From: Myxococcota bacterium
Lineage (GTDB): Bacteria; Myxococcota_A; UBA9160; UBA6930
DNA: 64,000 nt
Reading direction: 5' to 3'
Assembly (NCBI GenBank): GCA_965223705.1
Contig: OZ245015.1
Coordinates: 2,784,001-2,848,000 of the forward strand
Numbering within the stretch: position 1 is the stretch's first letter; every line of letters starts with the position of its first letter. Of the stretch, positions 8,929-19,337 are shown piece by piece. Position numbers and translations under genes: made by a program. The notes under the pieces were generated by a model. The model did not search any database, was not told the origin of the DNA, and worked only from the letters and a program-made list of their open reading frames with translations.

Positions 8929-10110
8929 CTACCCCCAAAGCGTCTCGCTCGCGAGCTCCGCGCCGTCCGCCAGCGCCTTGAGCTTTGCCCACGCGACGTC
9001 CTCCGCGACCATCACATAGCCAGCGAAGGTCGAGAAGCCGCAGTCAGTGCTCGCGACGACGCGCTCCCGGTCGCCGATGATGTCGACGAATTCGAGGATC
9101 CGCTTCGCGACGGTGCCGGGATGCTCGAGGTAGTTGTACGTCACGTCGATGCAGCCCGGATAGAGCACCCAATCTTGGGGCGGCGGCATCTTGCGAAACA
9201 GATCGATTTCGTGCGCGTGGCGCGGGTTCGCACAAGCCAGCGAAAAACCGCCGACCTTCGCCTTGTAAAGCGACGGCAGCAGGGGCTCGAGGTCGATGTC
9301 GTCGCAGTGCGGCCCTTCCCAATTGCCCCAACACAAGTGGAGCCGCGTTTTCTCGGGCGGGATATCGGCGATCGCCCGGTTCATCGCCTCGATGTGGAGG
9401 TCGACGCGCTCGAGGAACTCCTTCTCACTGCGGTCCCGATACATGATCTGCCATTCGAGACCGAGATCCGGCGCATCGAGTTGGAGCATGTGTCCGCGCG
9501 AAACGATGAGCTCGTATTCCTTCTTGAGCTCGTCCGCGAGCGCCATGACGTAGTCCGCGTCTGTCTTGTAGTGCGCGTGATCCGGATGGCGAAAAAGCGT
9601 CGTCGACACGATGCCCGGCGTCGCCGCGGTGACAAACGTCTCTTCCGGCTTCGCCCCGGTGGCGCGCAGCGCACGATCGAAGAGATCGAGCTCCTCGCGT
9701 GCCTGGGTGTCGTCGTAAACGACGGCATCGATGCACTGCGGCATCTTCCACGTCGTAGCGGACTCCGTGATCGTGTCGATGCCCGCGCGCTTCGCCATAA
9801 ATGCGGCGAACTTCGGGAACTTCTCGAAATCCGTCACCGTGCCCCGGTCGGAAAACCCGCCGTAGCCGCTCAAACGATCCTTCGCGTAAATCGAAAAACC
9901 GAGCCGCGGCATCTCCCCGTCCCCGATGCTGTCGACGCGACACGCCATCTGCTGGGAAATCGCCGCTTCGATCTCAGCCTGCACTTTCGCTTGAAACGTT
10001 TCGCGGTCCACGTCTTCGCCCTTTTCGAGCGCGGTAATCATGGCCAGCAAGTCGTCGGAGCGCGGCAGGCTCCCGACGTGGGTGGTCTTGATGCGTTCGA
10101 GACTGCGCAT
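8929..10110 (-). CDS. Cobalamin-independent methionine synthase II family (single-domain MetE / epoxyalkane:CoM transferase-like)
   Basis: TTHVGSLPR, DGEMPR, LQLDAPDL and Zn ligands HLCWGN and TDCGF. Confidence 0.9.
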   Translation of the reverse strand: MRSLERIKTTHVGSLPRSDDLLAMITALEKGEDVDRETFQAKVQAEIEAAISQQMACRVDSIGDGEMPRLGFSIYAKDRLSGYGGFSDRGTVTDFEKFPKFAAFMAKRAGIDTITESATTWKMPQCIDAVVYDDTQAREELDLFDRALRATGAKPEETFVTAATPGIVSTTLFRHPDHAHYKTDADYVMALADELKKEYELIVSRGHMLQLDAPDLGLEWQIMYRDRSEKEFLERVDLHIEAMNRAIADIPPEKTRLHLCWGNWEGPHCDDIDLEPLLPSLYKAKVGGFSLACANPRHAHEIDLFRKMPPPQDWVLYPGCIDVTYNYLEHPGTVAKRILEFVDIIGDRERVVASTDCGFSTFAGYVMVAEDVAWAKLKALADGAELASETLWG

Positions 10111-10186
10111 GGATACACTCCTGTTCCGACGGACGACCGCCGCGGAGCATACCAGTCGGCAGCGCCGTGAATCAAAGGAGACAGCC

Positions 10187-10762
10187 GTGAAGACGATCCA
10201 TGTTTCCCAAGATGAGATGGCGACTCGCATCTCGCGATTCGACGCGTTGAAGCCGCTTCCCAGTGCCGAAGGACTCGACCTCCCGCTCGCGGCAAAGGAT
10301 GTTATCTACTCTCGCAAACTGATGTCGGTCATCGGCCTCGGCGAAGCCGGCAACACGCCGATCAATCAGGGCGCTCCGATCCAAGGCGCCGCGGGCATGA
10401 CGATGACCTTCGCGGAATGCCCGCCCGGCACCGGCCCTTCCCTGCACGCGCACTTATCGACCTACGAAACGTTTACCGTGTTGCGGAGTCGGTTCGAGTT
10501 CCGCTGGAACGACGACGGCGCCGAATCCGCGGTGCTTGCGCCGCTCGATACGATCTCGATTCCGCCGGGCGTCTGCCGAGCATTCCGCAACGTCGGCGAC
10601 GAAACAGGCCTCGTACAAGTATTGGTGACGGGCGGCGTGCACGACATGAACGACATCGACTTCCCCGAGGCGACCGCGAGCGAGCTCGCCGCCTTTGGGC
10701 CCGGCGCCGTCGACGCATTCAAGGAAATGGGATTCACGTTTACGGCGGGTCGCGACGAATGA
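10187..10762 (+). CDS. Cupin-domain protein
   Basis: PGTGPSLHAHLSTYETF and DTISIPPGVCRAFRN; AAGGAG upstream of the GTG. Confidence 0.85.
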   Translation: MKTIHVSQDEMATRISRFDALKPLPSAEGLDLPLAAKDVIYSRKLMSVIGLGEAGNTPINQGAPIQGAAGMTMTFAECPPGTGPSLHAHLSTYETFTVLRSRFEFRWNDDGAESAVLAPLDTISIPPGVCRAFRNVGDETGLVQVLVTGGVHDMNDIDFPEATASELAAFGPGAVDAFKEMGFTFTAGRDE

Positions 10763-11502
10763 CGAGAGGTCACGTGCTGCTCACCGGCGCCCTCGGCGGG
10801 CTGGGAACCGCAATCGCGACAGGCCTCATCGCGCACGACCACCGGATCGTGGCGTGCGATCGTCGCAGCGGCGATTTCGAGCCGTGGCTCGAGCAGTTTT
10901 CGAAGGAAGAGCGAAAAGCCATCTCGTTCCATGCCCTCGACGTGCGCGATCTCGCGCAGGCGGATGCGCTGCGCGATCAACTTGAAGCCGACGGCACGCA
11001 CGTCGCGTACCTGGTGAACAACGCCGGGATCGCTGCGGTGGGAAAGCCCTGGGAAATGGAGCCCAAGGTGTTCGACCGTGTCGTCCAGGTGAACCTCTAC
11101 GGCACCTACAACCTGACGCGCACGTTTTGCGGTGCGATGCGCGACAAGGGTTTCGGACGCATCGTAAACTTCGCATCGCTAGCGGCCGTCGCGAGCGCTT
11201 CGGGGATGGCCTCGTACTCCGCCGCGAAAGCCGGGATCATCGGCTACACCCACTCCATTGCGCTCGATCTAGCGCCTCACGGAGTCACCGCGAACACCAT
11301 TGCGCCGGGCATTATTTGGCACGAGCGCCTCGAGCCGACGTTTACCGAAGAAGAGCGGCGCGCCATGCGTCGAGGGAACCCGATGCAACGCGAAGGCGAG
11401 CCCCGAGAGATCGCCGAGACCGTCGCGTTCCTCCTGTCCGAGGGCGCATCGTTCATCACGGGCCAGACGCTGCACGTGAACGGCGGCGCCTACCTCACCT
11501 AG
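10759..11502 (+). CDS. SDR family oxidoreductase (FabG-like)
   Basis: TGALGGLG, NNAG, YSAAK and GQTLHVNGG; ATGA overlap with the cupin gene. Confidence 0.92.
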   Translation: MTRGHVLLTGALGGLGTAIATGLIAHDHRIVACDRRSGDFEPWLEQFSKEERKAISFHALDVRDLAQADALRDQLEADGTHVAYLVNNAGIAAVGKPWEMEPKVFDRVVQVNLYGTYNLTRTFCGAMRDKGFGRIVNFASLAAVASASGMASYSAAKAGIIGYTHSIALDLAPHGVTANTIAPGIIWHERLEPTFTEEERRAMRRGNPMQREGEPREIAETVAFLLSEGASFITGQTLHVNGGAYLT

Positions 11503-11508
11503 CCGCCG

Positions 11509-12660
11509 CTAGGACTCGGCGCGCAGGGAATGCACGGTGCCGCCGCTCGTATCGGAAAGCGGCACCGTTTCCACGACTTCGAGATCGAAACCCTCGAGGC
11601 CGACGATACGCCGGGGGCGATTCGTGAGCAGGCGCATCTTCCGAATACCGAGATCGCCGAGGATCTGCGCGCCGATGCCGTAGTCGCGCAAGCGATCTGC
11701 GTCGCCTCGGGGCGGCAGGGGCGATTCGGTTCCGCCTTCCGCCATGCGCTTCAGCACGTCGCCGATGGTCTCCGGTTGGTTCTGACCGATACACACGATC
11801 GCGCCGCGACCGGCCTCCTCGATCATCCGCATCGGCTGAGCGAGCGCGCTCTCCCTTCCGAGATACATGTTGAGCGCCTCGACCGAAAGGTTCGCCGCTT
11901 GCATGCGAACGAGCACCGGCTCCCCATCGGCGACGTCGCCCTTCACGAGCACGTTGTGCTCCGCACTGTCGAGCTCGTTGCGGTAGATGATCCCGTGGAA
12001 ACGGCCGTAGCGGTAGTCTAGATCGATCTCGACGTGTCGCCGGACGAGGATTTCTTTCGAGCGGCGGAACGCGATGAGGTCCGCGATCGAAGCGATCTTG
12101 AGGCCGAACCGTTCCGCGATGCGGTCAAGGTCCGGGCGTCGCGCCATCGTGCCGTCGTCGTTCAAGATCTCGCAGATCACGCCCGCCGGGCGAAGACCGG
12201 CAAGCCTGGCCAGGTCGGCCGACCCCTCGGTGTGACCGGCGCGCACCATGACCCCGCCGCGACGTGCGATCAGCGGGAAGACGTGGCCCGGTCGACGCAG
12301 ATCAGCCGCGGTTTTCTCGGGATCGATCGCCGTTCGAATCGTCGTCGCCCGATCTTGCGCGCTGATGCCAGTCGTGACGCCCTCGCGCGCTTCGATCGAA
12401 ACGGTGAAGGCCGTTTGGTACTGCGTCGTGTTGTGCTCGACCATGAAGGGGAGCTTGAGCTCGCTCGCGCGTTCCTCGGTCAGCGTGAGGCAGATCAACC
12501 CCCGTCCGTGCGTCGCCATGAAGTTCACCCACTCAGGGGTGATCTTCTCGGCGGCTACGACGAGATCTCCTTCGTTTTCTCGGTCCTCGTCATCGACGAG
12601 GATGATGGCGCGGCCCCGTCGGATCTCGTCAATCGCTTCACTGATCGTCGCTAGTCCCAT
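11509..12660 (-). CDS. ribB: 3,4-dihydroxy-2-butanone 4-phosphate synthase fused to a degenerate GTP cyclohydrolase II domain (RibBA/RibBX type)
   Basis: [25 protein letters not shown] and GHTEG; C-terminal [16 protein letters not shown] present, but the GCH II Zn cysteines are absent. Confidence 0.9.
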   Translation of the reverse strand: MGLATISEAIDEIRRGRAIILVDDEDRENEGDLVVAAEKITPEWVNFMATHGRGLICLTLTEERASELKLPFMVEHNTTQYQTAFTVSIEAREGVTTGISAQDRATTIRTAIDPEKTAADLRRPGHVFPLIARRGGVMVRAGHTEGSADLARLAGLRPAGVICEILNDDGTMARRPDLDRIAERFGLKIASIADLIAFRRSKEILVRRHVEIDLDYRYGRFHGIIYRNELDSAEHNVLVKGDVADGEPVLVRMQAANLSVEALNMYLGRESALAQPMRMIEEAGRGAIVCIGQNQPETIGDVLKRMAEGGTESPLPPRGDADRLRDYGIGAQILGDLGIRKMRLLTNRPRRIVGLEGFDLEVVETVPLSDTSGGTVHSLRAES

Positions 12661-12771
12661 GACTCTCCTCGCCTCCCGCGAGGATCGCTCAAAACGGCCC
12701 CGCACGCGAAAAAGCTTCGCGTCTCGAGTGAACGACTTCGGCACGAGCCCCCTGCGGCCGATACGCCACGC

Positions 12772-13248
12772 ATGGGTCGTCCCTCCGCGTTCCTCGTCGG
12801 TTGCCTGATCCTCACCTTGTCGGGCTGCGCAGGTTCTGCGGGCCCTGAACCAAGCTCGGGAGAGGCCCGGTTTCTCTGGCCCGTCGAGGGCCGCATCTCC
12901 TCGGTTTTCGGAGCGCGCCGGGGATCCCGCAAGCACCTCGGGATCGATATTCGCGCCTCCGCCGGCACGCCGATCCGGGCGGCGGCGGCGGGGCGTGTCG
13001 TTCGAAGCGGGACGATGCGCGGCTACGGCCACGTGGTGATCCTCGAACACCCGGAAGGGTTCGAGACCCGCTACGCCCACAACCGACGAAACCGCGTTCG
13101 GGAGGGGCAGCGAGTCGAGGCCGGTGAGGTCGTCGCCACCGTAGGACGGACGGGGAATGCGACCGCGCCGCACGTCCATTTCGAAATCCGCCGACGAGGG
13201 GTGCCACAAGATCCTATCCAGTGGCTCCCCGGTCGAGGCGCCCGGTAG
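12772..13248 (+). CDS. M23 family peptidase lipoprotein
   Basis: Lipobox [23 protein letters not shown] and [12 protein letters not shown] motifs. Confidence 0.9.
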   Translation: MGRPSAFLVGCLILTLSGCAGSAGPEPSSGEARFLWPVEGRISSVFGARRGSRKHLGIDIRASAGTPIRAAAAGRVVRSGTMRGYGHVVILEHPEGFETRYAHNRRNRVREGQRVEAGEVVATVGRTGNATAPHVHFEIRRRGVPQDPIQWLPGRGAR

Positions 13249-13289
13249 TACACTGCAGAGGTGTACGACCGAAGGACGAGCGCCCGCCG

Positions 13290-14459
13290 ATGAGCCTCCG
13301 CGGCGGTACGGCGATTGTCGGAATCGCAGATACGGACGTCGGTAAACGGCCGGACCGATCCGCGGCGCAGCTTTGCGTCGAAGCGATCCTCGCAGCGGTT
13401 TCCGATGCGGGCATCGCGGTCGACGCCGTCGATGGACTCATCACGTGCAATTCGATGGTCCAGCCCGTCCTCTATCACGCGGAGCTCATCGCCGAATCGC
13501 TCCGCATCGAGCCCCGCATGTGTCTCACCGTGAATACGGGAGGCGGGACCACCGTGGCATCCATCGCGCACGCCGCGGCAGCGATTCAAGCCGGCATGTG
13601 CGAGTGCGTCGTGATCGCAAAAGCCGAGAACATGGCGACCGGGCTCTCAAAAGACCGCGCGCTGGCGACGATGGCGAGCGCAGGTCATGCACAATTCGAA
13701 CAACCTTACGGCCCCCCCGTACCCGCGCTCTACGCGTTTCTGGCCCGAGCTCACATGGAGGCCTACGGGACGACGCCTGAGCAATTGGCCCGCGTTGCGG
13801 TCTCCGCGCGGGGGCACGCGTCTCTCCACCCGGGCGCACAAATGAGGGAACCGATCACCGTCGAGGACGTGCTCGCGTCGCGCGTGATCGCCGATCCGCT
13901 TCACTTGCTCGATTGCTCGCTCGTCTCTGACGGCGGCGCCGCCCTGGTGATGACGTCGGCCGAACGGGCGACCTCGTTCCGCCCCGAGCCCGCATACATC
14001 CTGGGCGCCGGCGAGGGGCATCGGCACGAGCACGTGAGCCAAGCGCGGTCCTTCACGGAGAGCGGCGCCGTCGAATCCGGGAAACGGGCCTTCGAGATGG
14101 CGGGCCTCCGTCCGGGAGACGTCGATGTCGCGGGTCTCTACGATTGCTTCACGCCGGTGGTCCTCATCGAACTCGAAGACCTCGGGTTTTGCGCGAAAGG
14201 AGAAGCCGGCGCCTTCGTCGAAGCGGGCGAAATCGATCTCGGCGGGAGCTTGCCGGTGAACACCCACGGCGGACTCCTCTCGCATGCGCACCCCGGCAAC
14301 CCGGGTTCGATGTTTCACGTGACCGAGGTCGTGAAACAGCTGCGGCGCGAAGCGGGAGAACGTCAAGTTCAGGACGCAACGATCGGCCTGGCCCATCTGC
14401 AAGGCGGGATCCTCTCGAGCCACGGCACGCTGCTTCTCGGTCGAGAGGAGTCGCTGTGA
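13290..14459 (+). CDS. Thiolase-superfamily (SCP-x/Ltp2-like) protein
   Basis: AIVGIA, PLHLLDCSLVSDGGAA, YDCFT and NTHGGLLS motifs. Confidence 0.9.
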   Translation: MSLRGGTAIVGIADTDVGKRPDRSAAQLCVEAILAAVSDAGIAVDAVDGLITCNSMVQPVLYHAELIAESLRIEPRMCLTVNTGGGTTVASIAHAAAAIQAGMCECVVIAKAENMATGLSKDRALATMASAGHAQFEQPYGPPVPALYAFLARAHMEAYGTTPEQLARVAVSARGHASLHPGAQMREPITVEDVLASRVIADPLHLLDCSLVSDGGAALVMTSAERATSFRPEPAYILGAGEGHRHEHVSQARSFTESGAVESGKRAFEMAGLRPGDVDVAGLYDCFTPVVLIELEDLGFCAKGEAGAFVEAGEIDLGGSLPVNTHGGLLSHAHPGNPGSMFHVTEVVKQLRREAGERQVQDATIGLAHLQGGILSSHGTLLLGREESL

Positions 14460-14860
14460 GCGAAACGCTGCCGAAGCCGATTCCGGAACCGACGCCCGAG
14501 ACCGCCCCGTTCTGGGAGGGATGCGCGGCGAACGAGCTGCGTCTTCCCATGTGTGATGACTGCGGCGCCGCGACGTTTTTTCCGAGCCTCGCTTGCCAGC
14601 GCTGCCATGGGACCGCGCTCACCTGGAAGCCCGCCTCGGGCCGCGGCGAGGTCCTCACCTACACGGTCGTCGAGCGCGCCATGGGAGCGTTCGCGGCCGA
14701 CGCGCCGTTTACCCTCGCGATCGTTCGACTCGAAGAAGGCCCGCAGCTGATGAGCCGCCTCATCGACGCGGATCGTTCGTCTCTGCGTGTCGGGATGCGC
14801 GTCAGCGTCGCGTTCGAGCCTCGGGGCGATCAGTCTCTCCCCGTGTTCCGCCCGGCGTAA
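14456..14860 (+). CDS. DUF35 Zn-ribbon/OB-fold protein (thiolase partner)
   Basis: PFWEG, CDDC..CQRC and LEEGPQLM; GTGA overlap with the thiolase-like gene. Confidence 0.9.
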   Translation: MSETLPKPIPEPTPETAPFWEGCAANELRLPMCDDCGAATFFPSLACQRCHGTALTWKPASGRGEVLTYTVVERAMGAFAADAPFTLAIVRLEEGPQLMSRLIDADRSSLRVGMRVSVAFEPRGDQSLPVFRPA

Positions 14861-14892
14861 ACCGGGAGGCGCTGCCAGCCGATACGAGCGGC

Positions 14893-15138
14893 ATGACTCG
14901 AGTTGCCCGTCTTCTGGTCACCTGCCTTGCCGCAGCGATGTTCACCGGCTGTCTCCTGCCCAAGGGGCCCAAAGTGATCGTGGACCGACGCGGGGGCGAG
15001 TCCTGGTCCGGCGATGGCATTCTGGTCGATCGATCCGCTGACGGGAGTCAGTGTCGCGTCGCCATTCGGAGCGAGGCGCTCTTCGTCGAGCGGCGCTGGA
15101 TCCCCTGCAAGTACGTCCACGAATCGTTCACGCCCTAG
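14893..15138 (+). CDS. Small hypothetical lipoprotein
   Basis: MTRVARLLVTCLAAAMFTGC lipobox-type signal. Confidence 0.65.
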   Translation: MTRVARLLVTCLAAAMFTGCLLPKGPKVIVDRRGGESWSGDGILVDRSADGSQCRVAIRSEALFVERRWIPCKYVHESFTP

Positions 15139-16232
15139 CGATCGCGCGGTGAAGCCACCTCGAGCGTAAGCCGCGGTGCGAGAGCGCGCGCCGCGAGTTC
15201 GACCGCGCGCGGCCCCCAGTGCGTGTCGTCACGCTGGTAGAGATACGGCTCCCGCGATGCGCGGAAGACCGGTCGCAGATCCATCACGGGGACACCGGCG
15301 CTCTGTGCGCCTTCGAGAAGTACGTCGAGAAAGCTCGGGTCCGCGAGAAACGCGCGCTCGCGCGGGTCGTAGAGCTCCGGGTAGATCGAACCGACTTCTG
15401 GGATCGGCGCGAAGACGAAACGCACCCCGGCTCCGGCCAGCACCGCGTGGAGCTGTGTCAGCATCGCGACGCACGCAGCGACACCCCGGACATGCGGTGG
15501 AACGAGGAGCCCCTGCTCCGCCAGGCTCAACGCCAATACCGTCTCACCGCCGGGCAGCGTGCGCGCGTAACGATGACCGCGACGCCGGAACTGGATGCCC
15601 TGCTGCACAAAGCGGAGCTCGCGCCGTAGCCGATTGCCTTCTTCAACCCGGCGAACAAGCGCCGCGAAGTCGTCACCGATCCCGGCAAGCCCGTTGGGTC
15701 GCCGCTGCTCGAGCCCCTTCACGAAGAGCGGTCGCGGGCGGATCGCCCTCGCAACCGGTGACCACACCACCACTTCCGGGGGTGACTCCGCAAAGCGCGC
15801 TTCTCGGAAGAACAATGCGGGCCCGTTCAGATACTGCGTCGCAAAGTTGTAGACCGGCTCACCGACCTCTTGCGACAGCCTCGCAGCGAGGGTTTCGTCG
15901 TCGGAGAGCCCCGCCCCCGCCGCGTAGGAATCGCCTATGACGACGTATCGCGGCGGCGCCGTCCGGTCGGGATTGCGGAAACCAAAGCGATCGACGGAAA
16001 ACGTCGTGGGCCGCGGATCCTGGAGTTCGCGCACCCATGACTTCCAGCCGAGATCGCCGACGACCTCCATCGCGACTCGCTGGTTCGGCTCAAACCGCCG
16101 GGTGTCCGGGTCGTACAGGTGCTCCCAAGCCCGAAACTCGGGGGCCTGCCACGGAAGCGAAACCGCGAACAACGCGAGCCACGCGGCCCCCCAAACCGCG
16201 AGAAAGCGCTTACTGTGCGAGTCGCCTTGCAC
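15135..16232 (-). CDS. AlgJ/AlgX-like SGNH O-acetyltransferase
   Basis: N-terminal TM segment, IGDSY and DDTHWGP motifs; directly follows an MBOAT gene; GTG start estimated. Confidence 0.8.
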   Translation of the reverse strand: MQGDSHSKRFLAVWGAAWLALFAVSLPWQAPEFRAWEHLYDPDTRRFEPNQRVAMEVVGDLGWKSWVRELQDPRPTTFSVDRFGFRNPDRTAPPRYVVIGDSYAAGAGLSDDETLAARLSQEVGEPVYNFATQYLNGPALFFREARFAESPPEVVVWSPVARAIRPRPLFVKGLEQRRPNGLAGIGDDFAALVRRVEEGNRLRRELRFVQQGIQFRRRGHRYARTLPGGETVLALSLAEQGLLVPPHVRGVAACVAMLTQLHAVLAGAGVRFVFAPIPEVGSIYPELYDPRERAFLADPSFLDVLLEGAQSAGVPVMDLRPVFRASREPYLYQRDDTHWGPRAVELAARALAPRLTLEVASPRDR

Positions 16233-16234
16233 GG

Positions 16235-17599
16235 CTAGAACCTGAAGTACAGGAAGGGAGAGGGATCGATACGGCCGTAGCCCACCGCGATCGACACGAT
16301 GAGCAAACTCGCAGCGAGCGCGGCCTCGCGGAGCCTGGGCGCGTGCTGCGCGGTCCACTTCGGCGTGGGCGCCCAGACGAGTCCGAGAAACACCAGCACG
16401 CCGATCGCCGCGGGGAGCGAGAACGAGCCCGCGCCGGACAGCCCGATCATCGCGCGGAACCAAACGCCGGTGCCGGTGAACGTCTCGAGCTTGAACGGCG
16501 TCCACGCGACCACCACAGCAACAAAGACGAGAAGACGACGGATCACCAGCGGAGGCGTCGGAGCACCGAGGCGCCCGAGTGCGCGCTCGAGCACGAGAAA
16601 GACGCCGTGCAGTGCGCCCCACAGCACGAAGTTCCAGCTCGCGCCGTGCCACAGGCCACCGAGCAGCATGGTCGCCATCAAATTGATCTGTGTCCGGATC
16701 GGGCCTTTGCGGTTGCCACCGAGGGGGATGTAGAGGTAGTCGCGCAACCACTGCGACAAGGTGATGTGCCACCGGCGCCAGAAATCCGAGAACGATGTCG
16801 CGCGATACGGCGCGTTGAAGTTCTCGGGCAGTTCAAAACCGAACAGGCGCCCGAGGCCGATCGCCATGTCGGAATAGCCCGAAAAATCGAAGTAGATTTG
16901 CCCGGCGAAGAGGAGCATCGCGGCCCACGCATCGAACATCCCCGGGGTCGCGCTTGCGAAGAGGGGCGCCGCGAGTGCCGCCAGCGTGTCGGCGACAAGG
17001 AGCTTCTTCGCGAGCCCCACCGAAAAGGTGAAGAGCCCCCGCGCGAATCGCGACGCTTCGTGTTTCCTTTCTCTCAGCTGACCCTCGAGATGCGAGAAGC
17101 GAACGATCGGCCCTGCGATCAGCTGGGGGAACAGCGCGACGTAAGCGCCGAAATCGGTGATGCGGCGCACCGCGGAGACGTTGCCTCGGTAGAGATCGAT
17201 CGTGTAGCTCATCGATTGAAAGGTGTAGAACGAGATGCCGATCGGGAGCGCGATGTCGATCGCGGGAATTGGAGACCCCGAAAAAAGCGCGTTCGCGTTG
17301 GCTGTGAGAAAACCGCCGTACTTGAAGAACGCCAACAGTCCTAAATTGCAGACGATGGAAACCGTGAGCCAAAGCCGACGCACGCGCGGCTCGGTACACA
17401 CGGCGAGGCGGCGGCCGACCGCGTAGTCGACTCCGATCGACGCGAGCAAGAGCGGAAGGAACGACCAGCTCGAGGTCGCGTAGAACAGCAAGCTCGCGAG
17501 TAGGAGCCACGCGTTGCGCAGTCGTCCCGGCGCGAGGTAGTAGACCGCGAGCACGCAAGGAAGGAAGACAAATAGGAAGCTGTAATCGAAAAACAGCAC
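16235..17599 (-). CDS. MBOAT family O-acyltransferase (AlgI/DltB-like)
   Basis: LPIGISFYTFQ, FPQLIAGPI, YFDFSGYSDMA, FWRRWHITLS and GLWHGA motifs. Confidence 0.93.
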   Translation of the reverse strand: MLFFDYSFLFVFLPCVLAVYYLAPGRLRNAWLLLASLLFYATSSWSFLPLLLASIGVDYAVGRRLAVCTEPRVRRLWLTVSIVCNLGLLAFFKYGGFLTANANALFSGSPIPAIDIALPIGISFYTFQSMSYTIDLYRGNVSAVRRITDFGAYVALFPQLIAGPIVRFSHLEGQLRERKHEASRFARGLFTFSVGLAKKLLVADTLAALAAPLFASATPGMFDAWAAMLLFAGQIYFDFSGYSDMAIGLGRLFGFELPENFNAPYRATSFSDFWRRWHITLSQWLRDYLYIPLGGNRKGPIRTQINLMATMLLGGLWHGASWNFVLWGALHGVFLVLERALGRLGAPTPPLVIRRLLVFVAVVVAWTPFKLETFTGTGVWFRAMIGLSGAGSFSLPAAIGVLVFLGLVWAPTPKWTAQHAPRLREAALAASLLIVSIAVGYGRIDPSPFLYFRF

Positions 17600-17669
17600 T
17601 GTCTGGGCAATCGGTCGCTGCCGTTGGACGCTTGACCACCGATGGCTCACGGCGGGTTACACTGATGCG

Positions 17670-19337
17670 ATGAGGGCCGGTGCACCCACTCCCCGGACCG
17701 TTCCGGTGCTGATCGTCGGAGGGGGCCCCGTCGGCCTGTCTGCGTCGGTTCTCCTGTCCCGGCTCGGGGTCGAGAACCTCCTCGTCGAGCGCGATTTCGA
17801 TACGGCCGACCATCCCCAAGCGCGCAGCCTGAATCTTCGAACGATGGAGATCTACCGGCTGTGGGGAATCGAGTCTGAGCTCCGTTCCGTGAGCCTTCCG
17901 GCTCCGTGGGCGCGGCAGTTGGTCTACACCAAAACCCTCGCCGGCGAAGAGCTCGGGCGGACGCGCTCGAAGGCCACGGGACAGCGGCACCGGCTGACCC
18001 CGGCGCCGTATTTGCTGAGCGGGCAAGATCGCATCGAGCCGATCCTTCGCCGCCGCGCCGAGTCCTACGAAGAAGCCTCGATCGCATTTGGTGTCGCTCT
18101 CGAAGAGATCCGTTGCGACGCCGAGGGGGTTCTGGCAACGATCACCCATCGCGAACGCGGTGAGCGCGAGCAAGTCCGCGCGCGGTTTGCGATCGCCGCG
18201 GACGGAGTCGCAAGCACGGTTCGCCGCAGCTTGGGCATCCCGATGGTCGGAGAGCGCGACTTGGCGACCTCCGTCAGCACGTACTTTCGCGCCGACTTGG
18301 GGCGCTACGTCAACGACCGACCCGCCGGCCTCTACTGGGTTGCGAGTGAGGCGGCGCGCGGCGTCTTTCAACCGATCGACGGCAAGGACACATGGCTGTG
18401 TCAGATCGGATTCACCGATGATCCGGAAGGTGCCCGCGTGGCTGAGCTCTCGGCGGAGGAAGCCCGTGCCTGGATTCACGCCGCCATCGGCGACGACACG
18501 ATCCCCGTCGAAGTGCACAACACCAAGCGTTGGACGATGGGCGCGTGCTTCGCCGAGCGTTTTCGCGAAGGTCCCTTGTTTCTCGCCGGCGACGCCGCGC
18601 ACCAGCTGCCCATCACCGGCGGATTCGGGCTCAACACCGGCGTGCAGGACGTTCACAACCTGGCGTGGAAGCTCGCCTACACGCTCCGCGGAGACGCGGA
18701 CCCCGCCCTCCTCGATACCTACGAAGAAGAGCGGCGCCCGGTGGCGGAGTGGGTTTCCGCGCGCTGCCTCGAGAATTATCACGCGGCGATGCGCGTCACG
18801 CGCGCGGCGCTCACCCGGGGAACCGACCGCGAAGACCGGGCGGAAACGGTGCGGAAAACGCAGCGCTATGGGAACTGGCTGGGCATGGACCTCGGGGTCC
18901 GCTACGAGCGAGGCGCGCTCGTTCCCGACGGCACGCCCCCGCCCGCGGTCGACGACCCCGTCCAGGAGTACGTGCCCTGCGCCCGGCCCGGCCACCGCGC
19001 CCCCCACGTCCCACTCCGCCAGAACGGACAGGATGTGTCTCCGCTCGATTGGTTTGAGAAAGAGTGGGTTCTCATCGGCGGCGAGGGCGCCGACGGATGG
19101 ATTGCCGGGGGAGAAAGACTTCGCAGCCAGTCCCCGCTCCGCGTCGTGCAGTTGGGTTCGGGCGAAATCGAGGACACCGACGACTTATGGCAAGAGCACT
19201 ATGCCACGGGCGATGCGGGCGCGGTCTTGGTGCGGCCGGACGGCGTCGTGGCGTGGCGCTCGACCGAAGCGCCGCGGGATGCGGCACGCGAGCTGCGAGC
19301 CGTGTTTCAGGCGATGCGAATCGTCGTCTCTTCCTAG
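17670..19337 (+). CDS. FAD-dependent monooxygenase (PheA/TfdB-like aromatic hydroxylase)
   Basis: GGGPVG, ADG, LAGDAAH..GGFGLNTG, NLAWKLA, PGHRAPH and VLVRPDG motifs. Confidence 0.92.
   Translation: MRAGAPTPRTVPVLIVGGGPVGLSASVLLSRLGVENLLVERDFDTADHPQARSLNLRTMEIYRLWGIESELRSVSLPAPWARQLVYTKTLAGEELGRTRSKATGQRHRLTPAPYLLSGQDRIEPILRRRAESYEEASIAFGVALEEIRCDAEGVLATITHRERGEREQVRARFAIAADGVASTVRRSLGIPMVGERDLATSVSTYFRADLGRYVNDRPAGLYWVASEAARGVFQPIDGKDTWLCQIGFTDDPEGARVAELSAEEARAWIHAAIGDDTIPVEVHNTKRWTMGACFAERFREGPLFLAGDAAHQLPITGGFGLNTGVQDVHNLAWKLAYTLRGDADPALLDTYEEERRPVAEWVSARCLENYHAAMRVTRAALTRGTDREDRAETVRKTQRYGNWLGMDLGVRYERGALVPDGTPPPAVDDPVQEYVPCARPGHRAPHVPLRQNGQDVSPLDWFEKEWVLIGGEGADGWIAGGERLRSQSPLRVVQLGSGEIEDTDDLWQEHYATGDAGAVLVRPDGVVAWRSTEAPRDAARELRAVFQAMRIVVSS

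Noticed and set aside
12661..12771. FMN riboswitch upstream of ribB
   Set aside because: The gap is short and shared with a divergent gene; only a small hairpin (ACGCGAA/TTCGCGT) and no RFN consensus were seen.
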